Assembly: GCA_943787705.1 (NCBI GenBank)
Contig: CALSNL010000003.1
Location: 18,314 to 82,313, forward strand
Source: an uncultured Pseudomonadales bacterium
Lineage (GTDB): Bacteria > Pseudomonadota > Gammaproteobacteria > Pseudomonadales > UBA7434
Direction: 5' to 3'
DNA: 64,000 nt
The position numbers and the translations under genes are program-made. Under the pieces are notes generated by a model that had not been told where the DNA came from, did no database searches, and saw only the letters and a list, made by a program, of their open reading frames with translations. The first letter of the stretch is position 1, and every line of letters starts with the position of its first letter. This document shows, one piece after another, positions 1-10,786 of this stretch.

Positions 1-180
1 TTTTAAATTGAGAAGCTTATCAGTGAATATGACATTTAAGTTATAAACAGCGGCACTTTTAGTATTAAGAATCAACTAGTATAAGAATCAATACACTCAA
101 AACCAAAAAACTGAATTAAATCGTTAGGTTAAGTAAGAAAGTTATATGTACTGTGGTTATAAGAAGCTTTTAGCTCAGCG

Positions 181-759
181 TTAATGCAAAAAATAGAACA
201 AGCGTCTCTGCTGCTCTTTGCTTAAACCCTGCATTCGAACAATATTCCTCGCTGGGATATCATCAACGTCAGGATAGGCGTTAATCGCCTGCTCTAAACT
301 CTCTTCTCGCAAAATATGCACCACAGGAAACGGCGCAGCATTAGTTAAGTTTTCTAGGTCAGCCGGTTCAGTACCGGCAAATTGATAGCGCGGATGAAAG
401 CTAGCCAGCTGATAAACACCCTCCCAGCCACCCTCGCTAAGCAAATCATTAGCAATTGCCAAAAAATCATTAAAATCATAAAAGTCCTGCATCACTTTGG
501 GCAGCACCAGCAATGTCGTTTCTAGCTGCTCAGCAGGCATATTATCAAGACGCTGACACTCAGACTGGATAGCCTCCAATGCTGTCGCTGCATCATCAGC
601 CTGGCTAACAAAAATCCGGTGTCTAGCCTCACGAATAGGCTTAAGCGCAAAAGGACATAATTGCAGCCCAATAACAACGTCTTCTAGCCAAACATTAATC
701 TTTTCTTCTACATCTTTAGACACAATATCACCTTCAAAAAAAGGGTGGCAACAAGCCAT
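181..759 (-). CDS. DUF1415 family protein
   Basis: Motifs 'WLEDVVIGLQLCPFA', 'YQLASFHPRYQFAG', 'APFPVVHILRE' and 'IPARNI' are typical of DUF1415. The true start may be slightly downstream. Confidence 0.8.
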   Translation of the reverse strand: MACCHPFFEGDIVSKDVEEKINVWLEDVVIGLQLCPFALKPIREARHRIFVSQADDAATALEAIQSECQRLDNMPAEQLETTLLVLPKVMQDFYDFNDFLAIANDLLSEGGWEGVYQLASFHPRYQFAGTEPADLENLTNAAPFPVVHILREESLEQAINAYPDVDDIPARNIVRMQGLSKEQQRRLFYFLH

Positions 760-987
760 TCAAACCCCACAGCCGCTATTGTACGCCAGCCAAGAATAAG
801 AGTATCAATAAGATAAGCATCGATCGCCCATAACATTGCGCTTTCAGGTATGACATTAACCATGGCCACAGGTATCATGAAGGGCATAAGGCCAATGCGT
901 AATAACGCAACGCAGCCGAACCGAACTAATCAGAACAAAACCAAACCAAACCAAACAATGACATTTTGATCGATGATACCTTATTAA

Positions 988-3126
988 ATGAGTCAAGCCA
1001 GCCACAACCAAGCCATTAACTGCACCAGTAGCCAGCAGCTAACCACCGACAAGAATGGCGGACTTCGCTCCTGTCGCTTTGAAGACATCTACTACACAGC
1101 AGGACAAGGTGCAGAAGAGTGTGAGCACGTCTTCCTAAAAGGCAATAACCTGCAACAGCGCTGGCAAGATAGCCGCGCGACTAGCGACTCATTTGTAATG
1201 GCTGAAACCGGATTTGGCACCGGGCTTAATTTTCTTGCCTGTTGGGATTTATGGCGCCAAGTGCACAGCGAGCAAACGCAAAATCAAGCACCCAAAACAC
1301 TTTATTTTTATACGACTGAGCTCTATCCATTAACGCGGGCTGCGCTAGAAAAAAGCATTGCTCATTACAACCCTTACCCGCCACTTGCCGAAGCCTTGCT
1401 AAGCCAATACCCCGACCCTATTGGCGGCGAGTATTTACTCAGCTTTGATAGTGACACTCGCCACCCCGTTAAATTGATTGTTTTATTGGGTGATGCCACC
1501 GAGTGCCTAGGCCGACTTGAACACTACCCAGCAGACCAAAGCATCAAAAACGACAACCCTAGCAGCAGCGGACTTATCGTCGATGCCTGGCTTTTAGATG
1601 GTTACGCGCCAGCTAAAAACCCTATTATGTGGCAAGATGCCTTGTTCACTTTAATTGCACGACATAGCGCAGATGGCACCACTGTCGCCTCTTTTTCAGT
1701 GGCGCGGCAAGTCTGCGATCAACTTAGAGCCAACCGCTTTGTGGTTAACAAAACCAAAGGCTTTAAACGTAAGCGTGATATGTTAATGGCGCATTTTGAT
1801 AGCCAACAAATATCTGAAAAATCGGACCCTATCACTTACAATCGAAAACGCTCTCGCAAAAATTTCAGCTTATCGCCTTGCTACTACCGACACCCTTCTG
1901 CGCCATTATTGAGAAATAAGCCGCGAAGCGCCCTCGTCATAGGCGCAGGCATAGCGGGCTGCACTATTGCCTATAAGTTGGCCCAACGCGGCTGGCAAGT
2001 GTCATTAATTGATGCCGAAAAAACGGTAGCTGGCGCTGCATCAGGCAACGCTCGCGCGGTTCTCTATGCCCGTACAGCACAGCAGCGATCTCACCTCGCC
2101 GATTTTCATGAAGCCGCTTTTCACTACGCCACGCGCTTTTATCAAACCGTGGCTGGCAGCGACCTAACACATGGCCTTAATGGCATGTTAAAGCTTAATG
2201 AGCAATTGAGTGACGAGATGCTGGCATTGAATCCCGAAGCTTACTCACGGCAAAATATTAGCGCCGAGCAAGCCAGTGAACTCAGCGGCATTGCCACCCA
2301 GCATAATGGCATCCACTATCCTGAATCTGGCTGGATAGATCCTTTGGCGATTTGCCAAGCATTAACCGAGCACCCCAATATTTGCTTTTATGGTGAAACA
2401 ACAATCGCCGCGCTCCATCATCATGAGACAAGTTGGACGGCTGAATGCAAGAACGGCACGACCAAGAACCAAAATAGGACAGCCGATATTGCCATTATTG
2501 CAACCGGCCAACTCAGTCATCAATTTGAAAAAACAGATTGGCTACCGTTAAGATCTATGCGCGGACAAACCACAACATTGCCGGCAACATCGGCCAGCAG
2601 CGCGTTAAAGATGGCCGTTTGCCAGCGCGGCTACATAACACCTGCGACTAATGGCAGCCATTCTATTGGCGCCACTTATGCTATTAAAGATGACAACAGC
2701 AAAGTCTTAACCGCCGACCACCAAACCAATATCGACAATCTACTTATTATGCTTAGCGAGCATTCGCCCTGGCAACAAGCGCTAGAAAATCAGAGCGTCG
2801 ATAATTTAGAAGGCCGCGTTGGCTTTCGCTGTGTAGCACCCGACTACTTACCCATTGTTGGTCCGATACCCGCAGCAGAAAAATTTAAGCAGCAATTTAA
2901 TTGCTTAAAAAAAGATGCCAAACAAACACCGTCTCAACTCGCTTCGCTTGAAGACGGACTTTATGTCAGCACCGGCTATGGCTCGCATGGCTACACCACC
3001 GCGCCACTGGCCTCCGAAATTTTATTGGCGCAAATTGAAGGCAGCCCCATGCCTATTGGTGATAAACTGCGACAAAGTATTGCTCCCGCACGCTTTTTGG
3101 TGCGTCAATTAATACGTGGCACATAA
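988..3126 (+). CDS. mnmC: Bifunctional tRNA mnm5s2U34 methyltransferase / FAD-dependent oxidoreductase
   Basis: N-terminal 'FEDIYY', 'ETGFGTGLNF', 'DAWLLDGYAPAKNP' followed by a Rossmann 'VIGAGIAG', 'GAASGN' and C-terminal 'GSHGYTTAPL...APARF'. Confidence 0.93.
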   Translation: MSQASHNQAINCTSSQQLTTDKNGGLRSCRFEDIYYTAGQGAEECEHVFLKGNNLQQRWQDSRATSDSFVMAETGFGTGLNFLACWDLWRQVHSEQTQNQAPKTLYFYTTELYPLTRAALEKSIAHYNPYPPLAEALLSQYPDPIGGEYLLSFDSDTRHPVKLIVLLGDATECLGRLEHYPADQSIKNDNPSSSGLIVDAWLLDGYAPAKNPIMWQDALFTLIARHSADGTTVASFSVARQVCDQLRANRFVVNKTKGFKRKRDMLMAHFDSQQISEKSDPITYNRKRSRKNFSLSPCYYRHPSAPLLRNKPRSALVIGAGIAGCTIAYKLAQRGWQVSLIDAEKTVAGAASGNARAVLYARTAQQRSHLADFHEAAFHYATRFYQTVAGSDLTHGLNGMLKLNEQLSDEMLALNPEAYSRQNISAEQASELSGIATQHNGIHYPESGWIDPLAICQALTEHPNICFYGETTIAALHHHETSWTAECKNGTTKNQNRTADIAIIATGQLSHQFEKTDWLPLRSMRGQTTTLPATSASSALKMAVCQRGYITPATNGSHSIGATYAIKDDNSKVLTADHQTNIDNLLIMLSEHSPWQQALENQSVDNLEGRVGFRCVAPDYLPIVGPIPAAEKFKQQFNCLKKDAKQTPSQLASLEDGLYVSTGYGSHGYTTAPLASEILLAQIEGSPMPIGDKLRQSIAPARFLVRQLIRGT

Positions 3127-4000
3127 GCTCATGACTGTTTCAAAAATACCCACAAGGTTTTTACTAACGCTCATTCTTGTTTGCGGACAAGCGTTTTCTT
3201 ATGCTGCGAAACCTTCCCCCTCACCCATTCACTGCAATGCCGTTAAGACTGACTCCGCGCTTAGCTCTTCAAGCTCTTTACCCAGGGCTGCGCCAGCAAA
3301 CTGGCAAGTTAAAGTTCACAACACTTACCCTCACCGCAGCAATGCCTTTACCCAAGGGCTTTTTTATCACCAAGAACAGCTCTTTGAGTCGACCGGTCAT
3401 TATGGTCAATCGAGCATTAGCCAAATTAATATCAACAGCGGTGAAATTATTCAACAACGAGCACTCAATAAAAACGTATTCGGCGAAGGCATAACCATCT
3501 GGGACAATGAGCTGATTCAACTCACGTGGAAATCAGGGCAAGTTTATCGCTACTCACTGCCTGATTTTTCTTTACTACAGACGCAAACCATCTCAGGTGA
3601 AGGCTGGGGCTTAACGCATAACAATCAGTCTTTAATTAGCAGTAATGGCTCTGCGCAGCTCAGCTTTCGTGATCCAATTTCGTTAGCAGTAGAATCCACT
3701 CTTAATGTCACCTATCTTGGCCGCCCGTTAAAAAATCTCAATGAACTCGAATGGGTTAATGGCTGCATATTGGCCAATATCTGGCAAAACCACTCTATCG
3801 CCATTATTGACCCCTCAAGCGGCCAAACCACTGGTCTTATAGATCTAAGTCGTATAGTTGCGCATGAGCAAAAAACCGGCACAAGTGAGGTTGCTAATGG
3901 CATAGCCTGGCTAGCAGAGAGTCAGCGACTGTTAATAACAGGCAAATACTGGCAGCGTATCTATGAAATAGAACTGGTTAAAACGCCAGCCTCAAAATAA
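3116..4000 (+). CDS. Glutaminyl-peptide cyclotransferase (beta-propeller type), secreted
   Basis: Signal peptide plus 'YPH...AFTQGL', 'ESTGHYG', 'FGEGIT', 'GEGWGL', 'LNELEW', 'NGIA' and 'TGKYW'. Confidence 0.88.
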   Translation: MAHKLMTVSKIPTRFLLTLILVCGQAFSYAAKPSPSPIHCNAVKTDSALSSSSSLPRAAPANWQVKVHNTYPHRSNAFTQGLFYHQEQLFESTGHYGQSSISQININSGEIIQQRALNKNVFGEGITIWDNELIQLTWKSGQVYRYSLPDFSLLQTQTISGEGWGLTHNNQSLISSNGSAQLSFRDPISLAVESTLNVTYLGRPLKNLNELEWVNGCILANIWQNHSIAIIDPSSGQTTGLIDLSRIVAHEQKTGTSEVANGIAWLAESQRLLITGKYWQRIYEIELVKTPASK

Positions 4001-4189
4001 AGCGTAAAAGCCCTAAAGTATGCCTATGGACCTTTGGCCCACCTCAAAAAACAGCTATACTGTTCAACTAATTGGCGAGCCTCTCTACCATGATATTTGT
4101 GGCTGACTCACCACAGAAAGCACACATCGACATCAGCGCCAATAATATTTTCTTAATTACTGTTCAAAGCAAAAAGAAAACCAGACTTT

Positions 4190-4531
4190 ATGAGCGAACT
4201 ACCTCCCTGCCCTAAATGCGAATCTCCCTATACCTATGCCGATAGAGATTTATTAATTTGTCCTGAATGCGCACATGAATGGTCGATTGATGGCAGTGCG
4301 AGTGAATCTGAAGACGCACTTAATATTAAAGACTCGAATGGCAACCCCTTAACCGACGGTGATTCAGTTACCGTTATTAAAGACCTTAAAATTAAAGGCA
4401 CATCACTGGTTGTTAAAGTGGGCACTAAAGTAAAAAATATACGCTTAGTCGATAGCGATCATGATATTGATTGCAAAATTGATGGCATTGGTCCAATGAA
4501 ATTAAAATCCGAATTTGTCAAAAAAGCTTAA
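4190..4531 (+). CDS. yjdM: PhnA/YjdM zinc-ribbon protein
   Basis: '[13 protein letters not shown]...CPECAHEW' and '[21 protein letters not shown]...LKSEFVKK'. Confidence 0.9.
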   Translation: MSELPPCPKCESPYTYADRDLLICPECAHEWSIDGSASESEDALNIKDSNGNPLTDGDSVTVIKDLKIKGTSLVVKVGTKVKNIRLVDSDHDIDCKIDGIGPMKLKSEFVKKA

Positions 4532-4577
4532 TGCTTAAACCCTTATTTCTCATTAACGAAAAAAGAATCGCACAACT

Positions 4578-7505
4578 ATGAATGCAGACGTATCCGCTTT
4601 TACATTAGTTAAAACAACCACTATTGAATCATTGAATATTCAGTACGAAGAATATGAGCATCTCACCACCGGTGCGCGTCATATTCATTTAGCGTCCGAC
4701 AACAATGAAAATGTATTTATGGTGGCACTGCGCACCGTCCCTACCGACTCCACTGGGGTGGCGCACATTCTTGAACATACAAGCTTATGTGGCAGTAAAC
4801 GCTTTCCGGTACGCGACCCTTTCTTTATGATGATTCGCCGTTCATTGAATACGTTTATGAATGCCTTTACCAGTTCAGACTGGACGGCTTACCCCTTTGC
4901 TAGCCAAAACAAAAAAGACTTTAACAACTTGTTAGAAGTTTATTTAGATGCGGTATTTTTTGCCCGCCTAGACCCTCTCGATTTCTCACAAGAAGGCCAT
5001 CGCTTAGAATTTGAAGAGCCTACTAATCCTGACAGTGATTTAGTTTATAAAGGCGTTGTCTTTAATGAAATGAAAGGCGCAATGAGTTCTATTTCTTCAC
5101 AGCTTTGGCAAGCGGTTGGCGAATCATTATTTCCTGATACCACTTATGGCGTTAATAGCGGCGGCGAACCCGAAAATATTACCGACTTAAGCTATGAGCA
5201 ACTACAAGAGTTTTATCAAACGCATTATCACCCTGACAATGCCACCTTTGTGACCTTTGGCGACATTAGCGCCAAAGAACATCAGTTTAAAATTCAAGAA
5301 TTTGCGCTTAGACATTTTGCGCCGTTAAACAAACGTATCGAAGTGCCGCTGCAAGACAAGTTTGATGATGCTATTCGAGTCACAAAACAGTTTCCAATTT
5401 CAGAAGAAGAAGCCCAAGGCGATAAAACCCATTTAGTGATGGCTTGGGTATTAGGCAATATTCGCGATCCGCTTGAGCTAATGTCTACGCATTTACTCTC
5501 TGCGGTATTATTTGAGAATAGCGCATCGCCGTTGCAACTCGCATTAGAAACTACCGACATAGGCACAGCGCCATCGCCATTATGTGGAATGGATGATTCA
5601 GGCTTAGAAATGGTATTTGTCTGCGGTGTTGAAGGCAGCAGCGAAGATAAACTTGAGCAACTAGAAGCCCTCGTTCTAAATGCCCTGCAAGGCGTTGCCG
5701 ATAACGGTGTCGATACAGCGCGCATGACGGCATTACTGGACCAACTAGAATTGCAACAACGAGAAGTCGGTGGTGGTGGCTATCCCTATGGCCTACAAAT
5801 AATGCTTTCATGCCTACCCACTGCCATTCATCGTGGTGATGCCGCAGCTGCATTAAATATTGATCCTATTCTTACTCAGCTTCGAGAATCAATTCAAGAT
5901 CCAAACTTTATTAAATCGTTAGTTAAGCGACTTTTAATAGACAATCAACACCGAGTGTCATTAGTAATGACGCCAGACACTAAGCTTAGCCAGCAACGTA
6001 TTGAAGAAGAAAAGCAAAAACTAGCGGCCATTAAAGCGACGCTAACTGAAGATGAAAAACAAAACATTATTACCACGGCAGCAGCTCTTAAAGAGCGCCA
6101 AACCGTTGATGATGATCCTGAGATTTTACCTAAAGTGGATTTAAGTGATATTCCCCCTGTCACCGATACTCCGACATTTGCAGAACAAAAGATTGCTAAT
6201 CGAACGGCCACTTTTTACCCTCAGGGCACTAATGGTCTTAGTTACCAGCAAGTCATTACCCAGTTACCAACATTAAACGAACAGCAGTCGGCGCTGCTTG
6301 GCATTCACAATCGTGTACTCACCGACTTAGGTGTGGGCAGTAAAGATTACCTCGCCACCCAAAACTGGCAGACGCAGGTCTGTGGTGGCATCAATGCACA
6401 GAGTAGTATTCGCAGCAATCTCAACAACGAACAAAACGTCAGCGGCTACTTTACGCTATCGGCTAAAGGCTTAAACATCCATAACGATGCCATTAGTGAT
6501 TTGCTCTATCAAACCTATCAACACGCTCGCTTTGATGAGCCACAACGTATTCGTGAACTCATTGCTCAGTCGCGTGCGCGCGCTGAACAGTCCGTCACAG
6601 GCAATGGTCATAGCTTAGCAATGGCGTTAGCTTCACAAGGTTTTAGCCCCACAGCCAAACTGAGTCACGCTAGTAGCGGTATTCTTGGCATACAGAATCT
6701 AAAAGCACTCGATGATTCCCTCGAAAACCCTGCATCGTTAAATGCGCTAACGGAATCATTAAGTGGCATTCATCAAGCTATTATTAGCAACCCACAGCAA
6801 TTTTTAATTATTGGCGAAGAGCAAGCCTCTGCCGGTATTCTGTCGCAGGTTGGGGATTTATGGAAAGATAGTACAGCCGCAACGAATAGCTTATTTACTT
6901 TACCGCCCATTAGAGAAAATACTCGCGAGCTATGGCTGTGCAATACACAGGTCAACTTTTGCGCCAAAGCCTACCAAACGGTTAATGGTGGTCATGAAGA
7001 TGCACCAGCCCTCACCGTTCTCGGCGGCGTATTACGTAATGGTTTTTTACACACCACTATTCGCGAACAAGGTGGCGCCTATGGCGGCGGTGCCAGTCAA
7101 GATTCGAGTATTGCGGCTTTCCGTTTTTATTCTTATCGTGATCCACGCCTTGGCGAAACATTGGATGACTTCGATAAATCCATTGCCTGGTTATTAGAAA
7201 AAGACCATGAATGGCGCGCGGTAGAAGAAGCAATTCTAGGTGTTATTAGCTCGCTAGATAAACCTTCCTCACCAGCGGGCACAGCAAAGCTGCATTTCCA
7301 TAACAATTTATTTGGCCGCACACCTGAATACCACAGCGCCTTTAGAGACGCAGTACTAAGCGTGACACAAGCCGACTTAAAACGAGTAGCAGAAAAATAC
7401 TTACGCCCAGAGCAAGCGAGCATTGGTGTGATTTCACATAAAGGGGAAGAAGCTAACTACAAGAAAGTGTGTGAGTCTTTAAACCTGAATATCAAACAGC
7501 TTTAA
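4578..7505 (+). CDS. Insulinase-family (M16C, presequence protease-like) metallopeptidase
   Basis: Inverted zincin 'HILEH', 'RDPFF', 'NAFTSSDWTAYPFAS', 'IREQGGAYGG' and 'SYRDP'. Confidence 0.9.
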   Translation: MNADVSAFTLVKTTTIESLNIQYEEYEHLTTGARHIHLASDNNENVFMVALRTVPTDSTGVAHILEHTSLCGSKRFPVRDPFFMMIRRSLNTFMNAFTSSDWTAYPFASQNKKDFNNLLEVYLDAVFFARLDPLDFSQEGHRLEFEEPTNPDSDLVYKGVVFNEMKGAMSSISSQLWQAVGESLFPDTTYGVNSGGEPENITDLSYEQLQEFYQTHYHPDNATFVTFGDISAKEHQFKIQEFALRHFAPLNKRIEVPLQDKFDDAIRVTKQFPISEEEAQGDKTHLVMAWVLGNIRDPLELMSTHLLSAVLFENSASPLQLALETTDIGTAPSPLCGMDDSGLEMVFVCGVEGSSEDKLEQLEALVLNALQGVADNGVDTARMTALLDQLELQQREVGGGGYPYGLQIMLSCLPTAIHRGDAAAALNIDPILTQLRESIQDPNFIKSLVKRLLIDNQHRVSLVMTPDTKLSQQRIEEEKQKLAAIKATLTEDEKQNIITTAAALKERQTVDDDPEILPKVDLSDIPPVTDTPTFAEQKIANRTATFYPQGTNGLSYQQVITQLPTLNEQQSALLGIHNRVLTDLGVGSKDYLATQNWQTQVCGGINAQSSIRSNLNNEQNVSGYFTLSAKGLNIHNDAISDLLYQTYQHARFDEPQRIRELIAQSRARAEQSVTGNGHSLAMALASQGFSPTAKLSHASSGILGIQNLKALDDSLENPASLNALTESLSGIHQAIISNPQQFLIIGEEQASAGILSQVGDLWKDSTAATNSLFTLPPIRENTRELWLCNTQVNFCAKAYQTVNGGHEDAPALTVLGGVLRNGFLHTTIREQGGAYGGGASQDSSIAAFRFYSYRDPRLGETLDDFDKSIAWLLEKDHEWRAVEEAILGVISSLDKPSSPAGTAKLHFHNNLFGRTPEYHSAFRDAVLSVTQADLKRVAEKYLRPEQASIGVISHKGEEANYKKVCESLNLNIKQL

Positions 7506-7537
7506 TTTTTATTGTAAATAATTAATTAGAACCGACA

Positions 7538-8017
7538 TTAAAAAATCCCTAGTTGCAAAGCAGAAGCCATGGTCTGACCAAGGGTTTTGCAAGCTTCTAG
7601 GGCGTCGGCGTCGACCTTGCCTTTAACTACCAAAGGATCGGCGACCTTTTTCATTGGGTAACCTTTTAATATTCTATCAACTTCTCTCACCGCCCCACTG
7701 CCATCATTACCCGCGCTAACTAATAACGCATAAGGAGTACATAGCTGTAAGGGTTGAGCAGCATGAAAGGTTCGATCAAAAAAATCTTTTAATGCACCCG
7801 ACATATAGCCGAAATTTTCTGGCGTACCAAAGAGTATGGCATCTGCGCATTCAAGGTCTTTAACATCCGCATCAAAAGCTCGTTTAACAATTAACTCAAC
7901 GTCAGCTTCTAATGCTGCACCGGCAGCAACCGCCTCAACTAATTGAGTCGTCGTTTCTGATTGGCTATGATAAATAATAAATAGCTTTTTCTTTTCCACG
8001 ACAACTCTTTTAATCAA
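7538..8017 (-). CDS. Flavodoxin / NAD(P)H-dependent FMN reductase-like protein
   Basis: 'IIYHSQS', 'GTPENFGYMSGALKDFFDR' and 'SAGNDGSGA'. Confidence 0.8.
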   Translation of the reverse strand: MIKRVVVEKKKLFIIYHSQSETTTQLVEAVAAGAALEADVELIVKRAFDADVKDLECADAILFGTPENFGYMSGALKDFFDRTFHAAQPLQLCTPYALLVSAGNDGSGAVREVDRILKGYPMKKVADPLVVKGKVDADALEACKTLGQTMASALQLGIF

Positions 8018-8081
8018 GAAGAATGTTAACTACCGTTTTTAGCTAGGGTCTTTCTCTGATGGTTCATCACTGGCTTCTGAT

Positions 8082-8414
8082 TTATCTAAACCACCTGCTT
8101 TGTCTAAACTCACCTGCTTTGTCTAAACCAGCTGCTTTGTCTAAACCAATAGGCATAAAATAAATTTGGCCGGCAAGCATCAACACAAAACCCACACCAA
8201 AAGTCAGATATTGATTTAAGGAGCCTTCTTCAAATTGCAAATAACCCAATAAGAAAATAATACTTCCCAGCGCAATAGCCTTTAAATAAGACTTCCAAGT
8301 TACACGCAGTTCCGCACCACAAGCCTCACAGGGCATCGCAGCAAGCGGACTTAAAAAAGCTTTTTTCCATATAGGCATTGCATTGTTATTACACTTAGGG
8401 CAAATCGCTGACAC
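8082..8414 (-). CDS. Small membrane protein with two CxxC motifs. A +1 indel in a C-terminal 18-bp repeat probably hides the true stop at 8039-8041.
   Basis: 'CPKC...CEAC' followed by two hydrophobic helices. The GLDKA(A/G) repeat continues out of frame as GLDKAG-GLDKSEASDEPSEKDPS*. Confidence 0.6.
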   Translation of the reverse strand: MSAICPKCNNNAMPIWKKAFLSPLAAMPCEACGAELRVTWKSYLKAIALGSIIFLLGYLQFEEGSLNQYLTFGVGFVLMLAGQIYFMPIGLDKAAGLDKAGEFRQSRWFR

Positions 8415-8704
8415 GTATTTATTCTCTCAAAATGGAACGTTAAAAATTCAAAGTGATCGGTAACACTCTACTACTATCTAACCCAAGCTAGCTTTAAACC
8501 GCAGTAGTTGTTAGGTCACGGACGCTTTGAATCCTATTTATTAGTTATAGTTTAATTGTTGAACGAGCAGGATAAACAGAATCCCCTCTATAGTTATAGC
8601 CTAGCCATTGGTATTTTGTCCAATGCAAATGTATCAAACCCCCCCGCCTGGCTAAAAAGCAATCAAAAAAGAAAATAGCCAAATCTCTTGCTCTATCTTA
8701 AAAG

Positions 8705-8737
8705 CTGGATATAATTACATACTGTGCATTTAAACAG
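8705..8737 (+). promoter_or_regulatory. LexA (SOS) operator(s) overlapping the lexA promoter
   Basis: Canonical CTGT-GCATTTAA-ACAG at 8722-8737. A degenerate CTGG-ATATAATT-ACAT at 8705-8720 overlaps a TATAAT -10 box (8710-8715). Possible -35 TTGCTC at 8688-8693. Confidence 0.85.
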
Positions 8738-8823
8738 TTATCTATTGTTGCAAGCCTAAAAGCAGCAACTGAATAACCGGCCCATACATTGCGAGGCGAA
8801 AGCCCAATCAGGTAGGTATAAGA

Positions 8824-9423
8824 ATGAAATTAACCGCTAGACAACAGCAAATACTCTCGTTAATTCGATCGCACATCCAAGATACTGGTTTTCCCCCTAC
8901 CCGCGCCGATATTGCTAAAGAATTTGGCTTTAAATCAGCCAATGCCGCCGAAGAACACTTAAAAGCCCTTGCAAGAAAAGGCGCTATTGAAATTATCCCT
9001 GGCGCCTCTCGCGGCATCCGCCTTATTGATGAAACCCCTAATGGCCTGCCTTTAATTGGCCGCGTCGCTGCCGGTAGCCCCATCTTGGCCCAAGAGCATA
9101 TCGATGATTACTGCGATATCTCACCCAGCTTCTTTCGTCCTAGAGCCGACTATTTACTGCAAGTAGTTGGCGAGAGTATGCAAGATGTTGGTATCTATGA
9201 CGGTGATTGGCTTGCCGTGCACAAAACCACTGAAGCAAATAATGGCGATATTGTTATCGCGCGTGTTGATGAAGAAGTCACGGTAAAACGACTGCGTAAA
9301 ACCCGCAGTAAGCATTTGGTTCATTTAGAGCCAGAGAATCCAGAATTTAATGTGATTGAAGTCGATTTACGAGAGCAGTTTTTTGCTATTGAAGGCTTAA
9401 GCGTTGGTGTTATTCGACGCTAA
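8824..9423 (+). CDS. lexA: SOS repressor LexA
   Basis: '[30 protein letters not shown]', Ala-Gly cleavage site in 'GRVAAG', catalytic Ser in 'GESM' and Lys in 'VTVKR'. Confidence 0.97.
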   Translation: MKLTARQQQILSLIRSHIQDTGFPPTRADIAKEFGFKSANAAEEHLKALARKGAIEIIPGASRGIRLIDETPNGLPLIGRVAAGSPILAQEHIDDYCDISPSFFRPRADYLLQVVGESMQDVGIYDGDWLAVHKTTEANNGDIVIARVDEEVTVKRLRKTRSKHLVHLEPENPEFNVIEVDLREQFFAIEGLSVGVIRR

Positions 9424-9528
9424 ACAGCAATTAAGCAGCCATGATGTCGTCCAATAAATTATTAGTAGTCCTTGGTTCGCGTCATTTTTTAAACGAGCGC
9501 TGAGCCAGCTTTCTCGGAGTAATTAATC

Positions 9529-10311
9529 ATGGAACGCGTTAAATCCAACACTCCAAAAGTAGTGCTTTACACCTTCGCAGCCAGTCCATACGGCCTTAAG
9601 GTCCAAGCTTTTCTCGCTTATAAGGGAATCCCTTACGAAACTGTCTATGTATCTCCATTTAACATGAGCGAAACACTGCCCGTGGGAAATACCGTCCCCG
9701 TTTTGACTATCGACGGTGAGAGTAAAAATAATTCACAAGCCATTGCGCATTGGTTAGATGAACGCTTCCCGAAGCGACCGTTGTACCCCGAGGACGCGCC
9801 TTCATGTGTTAGTGAGCTTGATAATTGGGTGCACCACTGCATGATCCCTGCAAACTTTCGATTTGCACGTCCGTCTTTGTCGTTTGCCCTTCCAGTACAA
9901 CTGCTCAACGCGTGGCGCCTCGGCAGCGTGATGTATCGAACGGTCCCGAATAAAGCGATCGGTGCATGGCGTTTCGCTTGGCCTTTATTCCTTAGCTGGA
10001 CACCTTTTGTTCGAAGGGAAGCAGAGAATGCACCTGGTCGCAGTCTATTAGATACGGCGCGCCATGTCGGTTCACGTATTAACAAAGAGCTTAACGAGGG
10101 GCCTTTCATGTGTGGTCGTAGTGAATTGAGCGTTGCAGACCTCTCAGCCTACGCACTTATTACCTTTGGCTATGAAGCTGGGCTTACCGGAGGAGATGGC
10201 TTATTGCGCAAACGTAGGATTCAAGAGTGGGCGTTGCGAGTGAAAGCCAAACTCGATCCTTCCCTGCCTTTGGTACCCGACAAGATTCGAGTTCGAAGTT
10301 TAGGAGACTAA
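9529..10311 (+). CDS. Glutathione S-transferase / glutaredoxin-fold protein (PTGES2-like)
   Basis: 'LYTFAASPYGLKVQAFLAYKGIPY', 'VPVL', and a C-terminal 'FMCG..LSVADLSAY' GST motif. Confidence 0.75.
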   Translation: MERVKSNTPKVVLYTFAASPYGLKVQAFLAYKGIPYETVYVSPFNMSETLPVGNTVPVLTIDGESKNNSQAIAHWLDERFPKRPLYPEDAPSCVSELDNWVHHCMIPANFRFARPSLSFALPVQLLNAWRLGSVMYRTVPNKAIGAWRFAWPLFLSWTPFVRREAENAPGRSLLDTARHVGSRINKELNEGPFMCGRSELSVADLSAYALITFGYEAGLTGGDGLLRKRRIQEWALRVKAKLDPSLPLVPDKIRVRSLGD

Positions 10312-10381
10312 CAATTGAATCGCTATAAAACGGAGAACTGAAGAATAAACGCTTTGTCGTAAAACGTTTTAGTAAAAGACC

Positions 10382-10645
10382 TTAGTGAAGCACTCTAGGA
10401 GAGTCGACTTCCATTTCATCATCATCCATATCAGATCGAACAAACTGCATTTCTGAAGCTGTTTCAATACCCGCATGAATCATCGCTTTAGCTACTTCTA
10501 AACGGCCATTCGGCATATAGTCTTTCGACTCATCCGAAAAGCGAATCGTCATCAACGCCTCACCATCACCGTCTGCACGTTGCAAAACGATATCACCGTT
10601 AACTAATTCTACGATTTCAAGAAAAGAAGACACTGACAACCTCAC
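10382..10645 (-). CDS. Conserved hypothetical protein of the lexA-topA neighbourhood
   Basis: 'SFLEIVEL.NGDIVLQRAD..EAL.TIRFS', resembling the small gene found between sulA and topA in pseudomonads. Confidence 0.7.
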   Translation of the reverse strand: MRLSVSSFLEIVELVNGDIVLQRADGDGEALMTIRFSDESKDYMPNGRLEVAKAMIHAGIETASEMQFVRSDMDDDEMEVDSPRVLH

Positions 10646-10786
10646 TGCTTTAAAGAGTGGCTAGTCTAGCATTTATCATTATTATTTACAGCAGCTTATG
10701 CCATTGAGGAGGGTTAAAAGGGTAAAAACAGAGCCGTTTAATCTTAAAACTTAGCCATTCAAACGCATTACCAAGCGAGACTCAGA

